Source: Azolla caroliniana (lineage: Eukaryota > Plantae > Polypodiophyta). Taken from it: DNA of 64,000 nt. Within the stretch, counting starts at the first letter, position 1; each line of letters starts with the position of its first letter. The notes beneath the pieces were generated by a model. It had not been told where the DNA came from, ran no database searches, and saw only the letters and a list, made by a program, of their open reading frames with translations. The stretch spans positions 7,006,001 to 7,070,000 of the forward strand of contig JBHGNT010000020.1 in NCBI GenBank assembly GCA_043228905.1. Direction: 5' to 3'. The translations under genes and the position numbers were made by a program. Below, one piece after another: positions 1 to 12,610 of the stretch.

Positions 1-513
1 CTGCCATTGTCAAAGGACACGAGCTACTAGGGACGATCTTCGACGGAGGATCGGGCATCAATGTAATTAGCCTCCGTACTTGTGACACCCTGGGAATCCA
101 GGAGTGGGAGCCTTGCTCCTGTTGGCTTCGGATGGCAGATACGAGTTTGGTAAGACCCACCGATTTAATATGAGATCTGGAGGTAACAATTGGAGGACAT
201 GCATTCCACATTTCTACAGTGGTTCTCTAGTTAAATATCCAAGGGGCTTACCCACTATTGCTTGGATGACCATGGTTGCGGACGACACAGATTAAGCAAA
301 ACTGGCGAAAGAATGTGATCACATTCCGACGAGGCAAAACCAAAGTACGGGTACCGACACATCCACAAAGTTCCGGAATCGGCAAAGAGCTAACACCGTT
401 ATACGCTGAAAGCGTTAATATGTTGGAAGGGCTCGCCTATGAGGAAGTCGATCAGTATCTCGAGGATAATCCAAAAATCGTACCCTTGTTCAAAATAGAT
501 GTGGCCGAAGTAG
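1..513 (+). pseudogene. Aspartic protease region of Gypsy A pol (stops)
   Basis: Reads IFDGGSGINVI (D-G-G-S active-site variant) ... YPLLLG.PWLRTTQIKQNW; continues after the solo LTR at 946. Confidence 0.75.
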
Positions 514-940
514 TGTCATTATATGGCAAGACTCGAACCCATGACCTTATGGTATATGGGTCGAGCTCTTAACCATCACACCATCTATTGTAATTCATAG
601 AATATTATTTTCATTTATGTTTTATTATAAGAAAGTAATGTATATTCCAGATTTCTCTAGAACATTCTAGAAGTTTCAGGATTACTCCTGACAACACTAT
701 AAAAGAAGGCACTAGGTATTATGTTGAACCAAATTGGTTCAACGACAGTCTTAAGCCTCTCAGCCGCTTTGTACTTATCTTTTCACATAATATATTAGCT
801 GCTGTCATCATCTTTCTCTCTCTCTCTCTCCTCTTCTCACTTCCTCGCTCGGGAATCTTACGCAGTCCCGTCCTCTTAGTACTAATAGTACTGCTCTTCT
901 TAGTACTAATTCCATCTCTGCTTTAGTGCTATTCCTGACA
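514..940 (+). mobile_element. Solo LTR of the chromovirus family
   Basis: TGTCA...TGACA termini; 5-bp TSD AGTAG (509-513, 941-945); homologous to LTRs at 14218 and 19495. Confidence 0.95.
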
Positions 941-945
941 AGTAG

Positions 946-1947
946 TCTCTCTGTATATTGCACAACTGGAAGATGCTGGGGAGGAACCAGATAGAGATGC
1001 CGTTAGAGAACTATGTCAAGCATAGGAGGAGGCCCTGGAATGGGAAATGGCGGTATCTCAAAGGGTGAAGGCGTCCCAGCTAGAAGAAGTAAACTTGGGA
1101 ACTGGAGAAGAAGCACGACCAATACAGGTTGCCAAAGAAATGTCACCGGAAAACAAAACGACAATGATTACATTATTGAAAGAATTCCGGGACGTATTTG
1201 CCTGGTCCTATGAGGATATGCGAGGGCTGGATCCACAGCTTTATCAACATCAGATACATCTCAACTAAGACGCCAAACCAGTAGCACAAAGGCGCTACCG
1301 AATGAACCCTCATTATGTGGTAAGGGTAAAAGAAGAGATCGACAAGTTTCTCCGAGTCGGTTTTATTCGGCCGGTAAAGAAAGCCACATGGTTGAGTTCG
1401 ATAGTCGTCATGCCGAAGAAGAATGGGAAGATCCGGGTGTGCGTCAATTACCGGAAAATGAATGCCGCGACGTTGACCGATGCCTTTCCACTTCCATTCA
1501 CGGATGGAGTTCTAGACGTGGTAGCCGGTCATGAGGTATATAGCTTCCTAGACGGATTCAATGGTTACAATCAAATACGGATGCACTTCGATGACCAAGA
1601 AAAGACGACGTTCATGACCGATTGGGGAGTTTTTGTTGTCGTAGTGATGATGTTTGGACTCAAGACGGCGCCGACTACCTTTCAACAGACAATCATGGAA
1701 ATATTTGGAGAGTTCATCCCGACGTTTATGCAGGTGTTCCTAGACGACTTCGCGGTGTATAGCCGGTAAGGGTAACACCTGGACAATCTCCGGTTATGCC
1801 TAGAGAAATGCATGGGGTATCAGTTAAGCTTGAACCCAGCAAAGTGTGTGTTCGGGGTGACTAGTGGTATGCTACTTGGCCATATTGTCAGCAAGGACGG
1901 GATAACAGTAGACCCGGACAAAGTCAAGGCAATTCTGGAGGCACCGG
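946..1947 (+). pseudogene. Reverse transcriptase of Gypsy A (stops)
   Basis: KKNGKIRVCVNYRKMN, FLDGFNGYNQI, MFGLKTAPTTFQ, VFLDDF motifs. Confidence 0.92.
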
Positions 1948-3113
1948 TGTCGCGAAAATACGATGAAGATACATGAACTTGAGGCAGGATCTCGGGGCCT
2001 CCAACAAGAGGATATCAAATTCGTGCGTTTATATTAATCAATTAAGGGAAATAAGAAAGATTGACAAATTTCATTAATAAATAGAAAAGAAAAATTACAA
2101 TCAATCCCAAGATTGGGATTACAAAAGTTTTATCTTAAGGAGATTACTAGAATCATAGACTAAAAGAAACTAAGATATGGGTTCAATAGAGATTTAGGGT
2201 TCTTGGCTTTGATAAGAGATTATGATTTTATGAGTTGAATAGCTTCCGTATAGAAAATTTAGGGTTATGAGTAAGATATGGCTTCTGTAAGGAAATTATG
2301 GTTTACTTGAGAGATATGGCTTTCGTATGGAAAATTATGGTTTATGAGTGTTATGGCTTCCGTAGGGAATTTAGGGTTTTTGAGAGTTATGGCTTCCATA
2401 AGATAAGAGAGCTAAGAAGGAAAAGAAAAATAATGGAGAGAGGATAGGATGTGTAAAAAAAATGGAATATATATGGAGTTCCCCGTTGATCATATGCCTC
2501 CACTTTTTGTTGCATGGCCTCTACTTTTAGTTGCATAGCTTTTTCTTTTAGTTGCATCTATTTTTAGCTGCATGCGACCGTCCACATGACCTTTACTTTA
2601 GTTTTCTTCACTTCACTTTAATTAGCCACATGATCTTGTTATCCATTCAGTTTGCGTCCAGCCTCGTCCGATCGCCGGTTCTGTCCGGTCGCCAATCTAT
2701 CCAGTCGCCGATTGCCGCCGCCTCACTGGCTCCGCTGCCGGTTCTGGTTTGCTTACCGGCCGGTTTTGGTATTGCTTACCGGCCAGTTTTGGTTTTGCTT
2801 ACCAACCGGTTCCGGTTTTGCTTATCGATCGGTTTCCGATTTTGCTTACCGGCCGATTTTCGGTTTTTGGGAACTTAGCCACCATCATCCATCAAGACAA
2901 AGTGGCCAAAGTGTTCTTAGTACAAATGAAAATGAGGGTCTCAAGGTGCTTATATAGCCAGGGCTTTAAGTTTCCTATCTATGTGGGATAAATAATAGTT
3001 CTATTTTCCCTATCTTCTCAAACATCCACCTTCTATAACATGCCATTAAGCTAATATAAAGTACTTATTTTATTATTTATTATTTTACATAGTGTGAGAA
3101 GATTCACACGACA
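1948..3113 (-). mobile_element. TGTCG-terminated non-coding insert (solo LTR or non-autonomous TIR element)
   Basis: Termini TGTCGCG...CACGACA; 4-bp TSD CCGG (1944-1947, 3114-3117); removal restores the EAPAPTT frame; reverse complement of the right end resembles the start of the insert at 11815. Confidence 0.9.
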
Positions 3114-3117
3114 CCGG

Positions 3118-3547
3118 CACCAACGACGACCAAAGCATTAAGCAGATTCTTAGGACAAATCCGGTGGCATATCCGGATGCTCCAGTATTTGGCAGATCTT
3201 GCAACACCGCTGCATGTTGTGGTTCACCGGACACCGTTTCAATGGACAGCTACAGAGGATGACGCTTACTGCGCCCTAAAAGTACTACTATCGCAAGCAC
3301 CGGTAGTACAACCCTCAGACTGGTCCAAAGAGTTTCATGTGTTCGTCGACGTGTCAGACATAGCAATCGGCCGCACACTTATGCAGCTGACCGAACCCAA
3401 GTGGTACCAACTGGTATACTATGCGAGCCGGAAACTGTCACAAGCGGAACGAGATTACTCAACTATGGAAAGAGAGGCCTTGGGGATGATTTATAGTGTC
3501 ATGAAGTTCCGACACTATTTGTTGGGCCGTAAATTTTCATTTCATGT
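3118..3547 (+). pseudogene. RT thumb / RNase H of Gypsy A
   Basis: FHVFVDVSDIAIG, YYASRKLSQAERDYSTMEREALG. Confidence 0.9.
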
Positions 3548-4286
3548 TGTCGTGAAGATTTTCGGCAACGGTGGGAAAATTGTGTGCAATGAACGAAATC
3601 AAGATGGTGCAATTTGCACGTTTGAAAGGGGAGAAGACCACATGCATATGCTAGCATGTTGTAAATAGGACTGAAATGAGAATCGTAAAAGAAAACCTAG
3701 ATGTCAAGTTAAAACATGTGCACGTGTGATGTGCGCTCAATTGTAAATATAAAAATAAGACTAAAGCCTAGAAACATTTAAGTGCATACATAAGGGTGGA
3801 AGCAAGGTTTGAACCTTGCACCTCCAAGATAGGAAACAAATTAACTTGCCACTAAAGCCACTACTGAGTGCTGTAAAATTTGTATATTTTCTTTTCATAT
3901 TCAGTATTTTGTAGGAAGCAAACATATAGAAACCGTGGGCACAAAACCATGGTTTCAACTCATGGTTTTAGCTCGTGGGTTTAGCCCATGGTTTTTGCAT
4001 GGAGAGACCTATAAAAGTCTATAGTGGGGATTGTGTAAGGAGGCAAGTGATGTAAGTAAAAAAGAAACTTTCAATCAGAGATCTGAGTTATCCTAATGGT
4101 GATGTATCTTTTCTCATAAAACTAAAGTCAAAGGTTCAATCTCTATCTCAATCTCTCTTTTTCTCTTCATCCATCTATCTATCTTCAATACTTTCTCGCT
4201 TACGCTGCTAAAAACATTGAATCCTTCCGGTCTAGGACCTTGGTGGTCCCGCTTCATTTCGCGAACATGTGAGAATTTCCTCGACA
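3548..4286 (+). mobile_element. TGTCG-terminated non-coding insert
   Basis: TGTCGTGAAGATT...CCTCGACA; 4-bp TSD ATGT/ACGT (3544-3547, 4287-4290; one CpG decay); interrupts the FHVDH motif; TATA-like CTATAAAA near 4009. Confidence 0.9.
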
Positions 4287-4290
4287 ACGT

Positions 4291-5115
4291 AGACCATTCC
4301 ACACTTTTATACTTGGTCTCTAAGGCATCCCTCACAGGTAAGTTGGCCCGATGGACATTGCTACTACAGGAATTTGAGATCGAAATTTATCATTGACCGG
4401 GTATACAACACACGGTTGCCGACTATTTGAGCCGGTTAGAAACCGGTGAGACCGGTGACGGCGTACCAGATGAGTTTCCGGATGCCGAACTATTTAAAAT
4501 TACAGCAGAAACCACATCGGATAGTACAGTTCCGGACGAGGACAAATGGCTAACGAACATGCATCAGTTCTTAAGCATGGGACTACCCCTGGAAGAGATG
4601 AACGGAATTTATTGGCGGTCCAAAGCCGGCATTTTTGTTTATTACAGGACACCCTATACCACAAGGGAGCCGATGGAATATGGCGGACAACGGTGCGGAG
4701 TGATGAAAAGGACACCATATTACGGGAAACACATTGCGGAGTCGCCGGAGGACACTATGCCGGTGAAGCTACAACAAGAAAGATATGCCGCAGTGGGCTA
4801 TGGTGGCCAACAACACTGAAAGATTCGGTCTGATACACGAAGGAATGTGATTTGTGTCAATGAATGGGCCAACCGACAAAACAGGCGCGAATGCCTCACC
4901 AGCCGGTACTACCCTTGGAACCATTTCAAAAATGGGGGCGGAACTTTGTCGGACCATTCAAGTCACTAGCCATGCGAACCGACAACAGATACGTCATTGT
5001 CGCTACAAATTATTGCACCAAGTGGGTAGAGGCCAAGGCTTTGCGAGACAATATTGCAACATCAACGACAAAGTTCCTTTACGAGTACATCTGGTGCCGT
5101 TACGGATGTCCAATC
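4291..5115 (+). pseudogene. RNase H end and integrase N-terminal/core of Gypsy A
   Basis: H-CGVAGGH...WWPT...C-x2-C zinc finger; PFQKWG.NFVGPF and TKWVEAKAL. Confidence 0.9.
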
Positions 5116-5504
5116 TGTTGAGAATCAAGCTCAACTTGGCCTAGTGTGTGAACTCACCTTGAGAGTGAATAGACACTCCAACGGTCAAGAGTCACCATTA
5201 TGTCACCACTTTGTATTCTGGCATTTAGTATGAGTCATAGAATCATATTCTATGACACATAACTTATGACCTTTCACATTCCCCATGCTCCATGAGTCTT
5301 GTAGTTAATGAAGAGAGAGGGTGACTATATAAAGCACCCTCCTCCCACCTTGTATGATGTTGAGTCTTTCTCCTTTGTAATATTTTTACCTTGCGTATTC
5401 TCTGTGTCTTACTCCTTGTCTCTCTCACTCTCTCTCCCTCTCTCATACACACACATAATTCATATCTATTCCGCAACACAGAATACATCTCTTGATTCTT
5501 TTCA
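5116..5504 (+). repeat. 5' LTR of Copia element
   Basis: TGTTGAGAATC...TTTTCA, near-identical to 9778-10152. Confidence 0.95.
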
Positions 5505-5654
5505 TAGTTTCAGAGCGATTTGGTAGCTCCATCTAGCCCATCCGCGTGTTTTGAGCTCTACGCCGACGTTCAAGAAGAACCGGCTCATCGCTATCGTAGC
5601 TTCGCTACATAGCTCGCATTCGAAGAGAGAAGAAGAAGAAGAAGAATCGACGTA

Positions 5655-8600
5655 ATGAATACTCAAATGGGTAGCGCTCTCCCTACCAAGAAGTTGGATC
5701 GAAACAAGTTCACATCTTGGGAGTACAAGATGCACCAATACCTTGTCGGACAAGGCTATTGGAGCTACATCAAAGGAGAGCACGAAGACCGACCCGCCGA
5801 AGCGGCTCTCGGATACGTGACATGGGAGCAAGCCGCAAGCCGCGTGATGTATTGCTTGGTGACATGTGTTCACGATCACATGCTTGGCTACATTCGCGAA
5901 GCCAAGACGCCAAAGGAGGCATGGGAAAATCTACGAAAGATTTTCGTGGCGAACACAACCGCAAGAAGGCTTCAACTCCGCCAAGAGTTGAACAACATTC
6001 AACAAAGGGACATGTCCATCACGACATGCACCTTGAAGATCAAGGAGCTTTGTGACTCGCTCGGCTCGATAAGCGTAAATATCGATGATGATGAGATGGT
6101 GCAAATATGCCTCAGTGGCCTCGCACCACGGTTCAGCGTGATGCGAACCGCTGTTCTAGCAAGGGAGAAATCTCCCTTATTCTTCGACGGAAGGCCACAT
6201 GCTCTACACCCACTCGAACGGAGGAAGAGGACGCGGACAAGCGAGAGGCCGATTCGGCCAAGGACAAGGCGGACGAGGTCCGACCTACGACAACAACTCC
6301 CAAATTTGGCCGCAAAACGTAAGCCAACAAGGAACCTTCGCAAGAAGGGGGAGCTTTCACTCCGGCCCGAGCCGTCAAAACGCAATTGAATGCGGATATT
6401 GTGGAAAGCGCGGCCACCACGAAGAAGGGTGCGGAAAGAAGATGCGCGAATTGGCTTCCACAAGCCGACAACTCACGAATTACGCGCACAATTCTGACTA
6501 CGAAGATTATAGTGGAATGTACGGGCACAACTCCGACTACGAAGATCTTTGCGGAATGTATGCACACAACTCTGACCGTGGCGGAATGTTCATGATGAAA
6601 CATAGACCAAACTCTATGTCGGCCTCTACCTCAACTAGTGCCCTCAATCCGGAGGACGTATGGTTTGTTCACTCCGGAGCCTCAAACCATATGACATCTG
6701 ATAAAGAATGGTTTCTCGAACTTCGAGAGCCGGAGCGACCCGGTTATGTCGAAACCAGAGATGACACCACGCACCCAATTCGGCACATCAGCAATGTTCC
6801 GTTCGGCGAAAGAGGTAAGCAAACATACATTAAAAATGTCTTGCATGTTCCCACCATCACGAAGAATTTGGTCTCAATCGGCCAAATGGTTGAGCAAGGA
6901 ATGCAAGTACGATTTGACCAAGAAGGGTGCGTCATCGAAAAAGAGGGCCGAATCATCGTGCGTGGAAGAAGAGAGGGCCGGATGTTCATTCTCGATTCAC
7001 ACGAGATGAAATCCACCATGTTCGCAAAAAGCACGAAAGCCGACTCCGACATAGAGCTATGGTACAAGCGAATCGGCCACATCAATCTCAACAAACTCAA
7101 AGCAATGAAATCGAAAGGAGTCGTCATCGGACTCCCAATATTCAAAGAGAAGGAGATTGAAGGTGTATGCGAAGCGTGCCAATTCAGCAAGCAACACCGA
7201 CACCCATTCCCAAAAGAGCGGAACGTGAGCAAAGGTCTACTTGACGTAGTCCATTTCGACGTATGGGGATTGGCGCAGACGGCTACATTCGGCGGATGCT
7301 GATATTACGTGCTCTTCATCGACGACTTCTCCAGGCACACATGGATCTACCCAATGCGGCAAAAGAGCGAAGTGTTCGGACACTTCCAAAAATTCAAGAA
7401 TGAAGTCGAGAAAGCCACGGGCCGTCATGTACGATGCCTTCGATCAGATGGCAACAAGGAGTACTTCTCGCATGATTTTACGGCATATCTCCGAAAGGAA
7501 GGAATTCAATGACAATTCACTTGCCGACACACTCCGCAACAAAATGGAGTAGCCGAGCACATAAATCGGCACATCCTCGAAGTAGCGCGGGCCATGATGA
7601 ACGAGAAGCATATGCCCAGGTCATATTGGGCTGAAGCTGCACATACGGCCGTCTACCTAATGAACCAATGCACAACATCCGTAGTGCACGAGGTCACTCC
7701 GCACGAAAAATACTTCGGAAAGAAGCCGGATTTATTGCACACCCGGATATTCGGCGCGATAGCATATGTGCACATACCCGAAGAAATGCGGCAAAAGCTA
7801 GATCCAAAGTCGGAGAAATGTATCCTCGTAGGATACTCACTTGAACAAAAGGGTTACAAATGCTACAACCCATCCACCCGAAAAGTTCGAGTAAGTCGAG
7901 ACGTCGTGTTCAACGAATCCGCATCCTGGTACGCACTAGAGAAGATTCTGACTTCGACCCCGATCGACGCAGAACTGGCCGAACAAGAGCGAGAAGGTGG
8001 AGATCGCCTCGAAGACATGTTCAAAGATAGCCCGATCACCACAAGACTAAGTGGGCCACAAGATCCCCCAAGAGATCAAAGCACATCATGGCCTACCCCA
8101 AAAATGAATAAAGGCAAGGCGAAAATGGCGGAATACAAAGACGATCGCTTCAATGACGATGAGTCGACTCACTCACTCGACAGTGAGTTCGACGGGTTCG
8201 ATGTACCAATCGGAGCTAAGAAAGCCCTCGTCTCTACAAATGAAAAGCTCCGTCGCTCCACCCGTGAAAAGAATCCGGTTAGCCGATTCAGCTACAATTG
8301 CCGCGGCGAAAGGGTGACACCTCCATCAAATGGACGTCAAGAACGTCTTTCTACAAGGCGAATTAGAAGAGGAGGTGTACGTGATACAACGACCCGGCTT
8401 CAACTCGAGCACCCATCAGAAAGTTGTATGCCGACTCAAGAAGCCACTCTACGGCCTCAAGCAAGCACCGCATGCTTGGCATTCGAAGATAACGCAATAT
8501 CTTCATCAAATCGGCTTCCGTATGTCAAAATCGAACAACTCCCTCTACATACGAAGCGATTCCGCAAGTCCGATCATCATCATTTTATATGTCGATGACC

Positions 8601-9520
8601 TAGTCATTGGAGGTGAGCATCTCGTCGAAATCAATAAGGTCAAATCCCTCCTTTCCAACAAGTTCGAGATGACGGACATGAAGGAGCTCCGCTACTTCCT
8701 CGGCATCGAGGTAATTCGGACTATAGTCGGAATCATGATCTCTCAACAACACTACATCTTCAACTTGCTATACAAGTTCGGGATGGCTAAGTGCAAATCC
8801 GCGGAAACCCCGCTCAATCACAATCTCAAACAAGATGCAAACTCTGGCACCAAAGCATGTGAGCCGACTCAGTATCAGCAACTCATCTACATCACGATCA
8901 CACGACCTGATCTCAGTTATCCGGTCGGTCTCCTGAGCCAATTCATGCAAACACCACGTGATACTCACTTGGATTGCGTTAAGCGAGTTCTACAATACGT
9001 GAGCGACACAATGGATTGCGGCATCCTCTACAAGACCGCGATGCCAATACAACTCGAGGGGTACACAGATGCCGATTGGGCCAGTTACAAAGCCGATAGA
9101 AGATCAACCTCCGTATTTGTTTTTTCCCTCGGCAGCAGAGCAATAACCTGGAGCAGCAAAAAGCAACCAACCATCGCTCTTTCGAGCACAAAGACGGAAT
9201 ACAGGATCACGGCAGTGGCCACATGTGAAGCTGTATGGCTCAAAAGGATACTCAAGGATCTGGGCGTACCCATCAAGGATTCGACTTCCCTTTACTGCAC
9301 CAACATGAGTAGTATCTATCTGGCTCGGAACCCAGTGTTCCACGTGCGGACAAAGCACATCGAAGTGCACTATCACTTCATCGGAGAGTGTGTTCTAGTT
9401 GGTGATGTTGACCTACAATAGATTAGCACCAATCTTCAAACGGCTGACATCTTCACTAAATCCTTAGGAGCCAACAAGCTGTGGTAATTCATGATCGATC
9501 TCGGATTGACGATCCCTAAG
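5655..9520 (+). pseudogene. Copia gag-pol (gag, CCHC, PR, INT, RT, RH); frameshifts, stops and an internal RT deletion near 8300
   Basis: CGYCGKRGHHEEGC, WFVHSGASNHMT, GVCEACQFSKQHR, FIDDFSR, MDVKNVFLQG, LYVDDL, GYTDADWA, RTKHIEVHYHF. Confidence 0.93.
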
Positions 9521-9777
9521 GGGGAGTACTGAAGACACTACGCAATAATGCGTGGATTCTGCAAGCGCGCAACGAAGCCGCGAAGAACCAATCTACCGCA
9601 CAAAGCTGCGAAGAAAGACGCAAGCCGAAGCACAGACTTCACAACTACGCACAACGCAAGCTGGAGCACAGATTCCGCAACTCCGCATAAATGCGAGTCG
9701 ACGCGAACTCCGGAACGCGAGTCGAAGCGGATTTCGGATACCATCTGAAACCGACCTGACTTGAGCTTGAGGGGGCA

Positions 9778-10152
9778 TGTTGAGAATCAAGCTCAACTTG
9801 GCCTAGTGTGTGAACTCACCTTGAGAGTGAATAGACACTCCAACGGTCAAGAGTCACCATTATGTCACCATTTAGTATGAGTCATAGAATCATATTCTAT
9901 GACACATAACTTATGAGCTTTCACATTCCCCATGCTCCATGAGTCTTGTAGTTAATGAAGAGAGAGAGTGACTATATAAAGCACCCTCCTCCCACCTTGT
10001 ATGATGTTGAGTCTTTCTCCTTTGTTAATATTTTTACCTTGCGTATTCTCTGTGTCTTACTCCTTGTCTCTCTCACTCTCTCTCCCTCTCTCATACACAC
10101 ACACAGTTCATATCTATTCCGCTGCACAGAATCCATCTCTTGATTCTTTTCA
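9778..10152 (+). repeat. 3' LTR of Copia element
   Basis: Direct repeat of 5116-5504, followed by TSD CAATC. Confidence 0.95.
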
Positions 10153-10157
10153 CAATC

Positions 10158-10566
10158 GAATTAATTAGCCACCAGGGTGGACACTTCCTCGGTCAAGCAG
10201 TGGAGAGCCTAACAACGTTCTACGCGGTAGTACACAAGCACAACACTCAGTACTACCTGCAGGCCAATGGATTGGCCGAGTCCACCAACAAGACACTACA
10301 GAACATCCTCCGGAAGATCGTCAACGAGAACCGGACCGATTGGGACACGAAGTGCACAGTGCATTATGGGCTTACCGGACGACGTATAAAACGAGCATCA
10401 GAATGAAGTACTGGACAAATGGGTAAATGGGTTCCGGGTTAAACCCTATTATGGGCCCATGACACTAAACCCGTTCCATCAGGTGGAGACCGACGCGGTA
10501 ACCGGAAGCGGCAAGCAATTGGCCGGCAACCAAGAGGAGCCGGTGTTACTAGACAACCGGGACTAA
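10158..10566 (+). pseudogene. Integrase core/C-terminus of Gypsy A (internal deletion near 10405)
   Basis: ISHQGGHF, QANGLAESTNKTL, then jumps to VLDKWVNGFRVKPYY. Confidence 0.85.
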
Positions 10567-11814
10567 TGCTTAATTAAAAAAAAAAAAAAAAACATCATGC
10601 ATAGGCGAGAAGTAAACGGGCAAATTGAAAAGGTATGTGGTTGGTGGCTAATTAAATCCTATTTAAAAGCACACCATGTGTCAACCGACTGCTATTATAG
10701 TACACGACGTGCATGCGCGAGAATTGAGAAAAGGCGCCAAGCATGGAGAGACAAAACCTCCGCCTCGTAGAGTCCCTCTCATTTCGCGAGAATAGAGCAC
10801 TAAGCGCACAGAGGTGATTAAGAGTGATCAGACAAACGCAAGAAGAACACACATACGTACCAATTCTACCAAGTCCCACAGACTCAGACGACGATATGGA
10901 ACACATGGCACTCTCGGAAGCGGCCAATAAATGGTTCAAGGGTTGGAAGGGTTCCTAAGAATCGTTGAGGCACCTCCGCACGACAAGGTAGAGAAAGTCG
11001 TGCAGGAGATTGATACGGAGGTCATCACAGAAGAGGCCATCCGCACCATGACTGGCTTATCGGAGGGTGGAATATTCTCGATTGACAACCCTTCACCGAA
11101 CACCGAAGATGCTCACGAAGTTCTTCGGTGAGTACTCCCTAGACAGCAAGGCGTACCGCACACAAGGCGGCGAGGACGCTCTATTCAGAGAAATCGCTCG
11201 TGTGCTTCATAAGTATGGGCATGTACATGTACACCCCTGACCCTCGGCTATGCCAAAGAATAGAACCGATTTTATTATAGCGACTTATGAGGGAGTACAG
11301 GTGGATTGGCCGGTGATCATCACTGACGGTCTGAGTGCAACCATAGACTCAATAAAGGATGGAAAGAAGATGTGGACGGCGGTGGCGCAATGGCTCACTC
11401 TTTTAGCGCCACCGGTAGAGCCGATACATCCGAAGAAGTGGGGGAGACCGACGGAATCAACCCCCAACCAATCTTCAAAAAGGCAGCAACTCTTGGCTAA
11501 ACAAGTGATCGGATGGAAAGTGGTTGACTCCTCATAGAAGGCGAAGGAACAACCTAGTCAGAAGCATATGGTAGAGAAGGAGACACCGGTGGAAACACCG
11601 GTGAGACCCTTAAAAATTAAGTTGCGCTAGCCGGAACAACAATCAGAACAACAACAAGAGCAAGACCCCTTGGCGGCGTTAATCAATAGCGGAACCCTAG
11701 ATGAGGAGCAGGAAGAAGAACTTGTCGAGCACATATTACGTCACAAACAGACACGCGACGAGGGCCACAAAGGGGAGGAATCAAGTCTGGTAAAGGACAG
11801 TATACCAAAAACGG

Positions 11815-12610
11815 TGTCGTGTGGTTTTTCACACACGATATGAAAACTAGTAAAATAATTATTTACGATTAGCTTAATATATTGATATGGAAAGATAGAT
11901 GTATTCAAGAGCTTCATAATGTATTTTACTATGCATGAATTGGATAAATAAGTATCAAGTTATGTGAGTGAGAAGTTTGAAGAGAAAAAGAAAAAGAAAA
12001 ATACAAACTGTGAGATATCCCACATAGATAGGTCAACATTGGAACCCAGGATATATAAGGGAAACCAAAACATATTCATTCTATTAATGTGTGGAGCACA
12101 GAATGTTCAAGGTGACTTGGGCTACATTGTGTGGTGTGCACGCTTTGGGTGTACACACGTATGCACGACCGTGTTGACGGTTCGGGCATACGCGTGTGTG
12201 CAAGTTTCAGGCGTACGCATGCACGACTGCGTGTATGCGTACACGGTGCGGGTTGGACGCATGCGTGCGTGCGTACATTGCGCGGTCAGGACTTTTGCGC
12301 GCAAACGCGTCTATGGTTTGGTTGGGACGCACGTACGGATTGCGCATAAGCTAAACTTTATGGATGATTCTGTCATTTGGCCGAATTATACGGACAGTCG
12401 CATGCAACCAAAAGCCAAGGCCATGCAACTAAAAGTAAAAGGCATGCATCTAAAAATGGAAGCATGCAACTAAAAATAGAGGCCATTCAACTAAAAATAG
12501 AGGCCATGCAACTAAAAGTGGGCATGCAAAGTAACATTCAGGAGGAGGATCAACAAAGAGCTTGATATATGTCCCATTTTTTCCAGCTAGTTTTTTTTTT
12601 TCCTTCTTCT
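11815..12610 (+). mobile_element. TGTCG-family insert, right end lost
   Basis: Starts TGTCGTGTGG after ACGG; shares 21-bp GCAACTAAAAATAGAGGCCAT repeats with 1948-3113 and 5' blocks with 51832-52878. Confidence 0.8.

Larger units (their letters stand above)
5116..10152 (+). mobile_element. Full-length Ty1/Copia element (decayed)
   Basis: LTRs 5116-5504 and 9778-10152; TSD CAATC; mutated Met PBS TAGTTTCAGAGC at 5505; PPT GAGCTTGAGGGGGCA before 3' LTR. Confidence 0.95.

Noticed and set aside
2190-2380. TTTAGGG telomere-like motifs
   Set aside because: Single units inside a ~31-bp repeat, not a telomeric array
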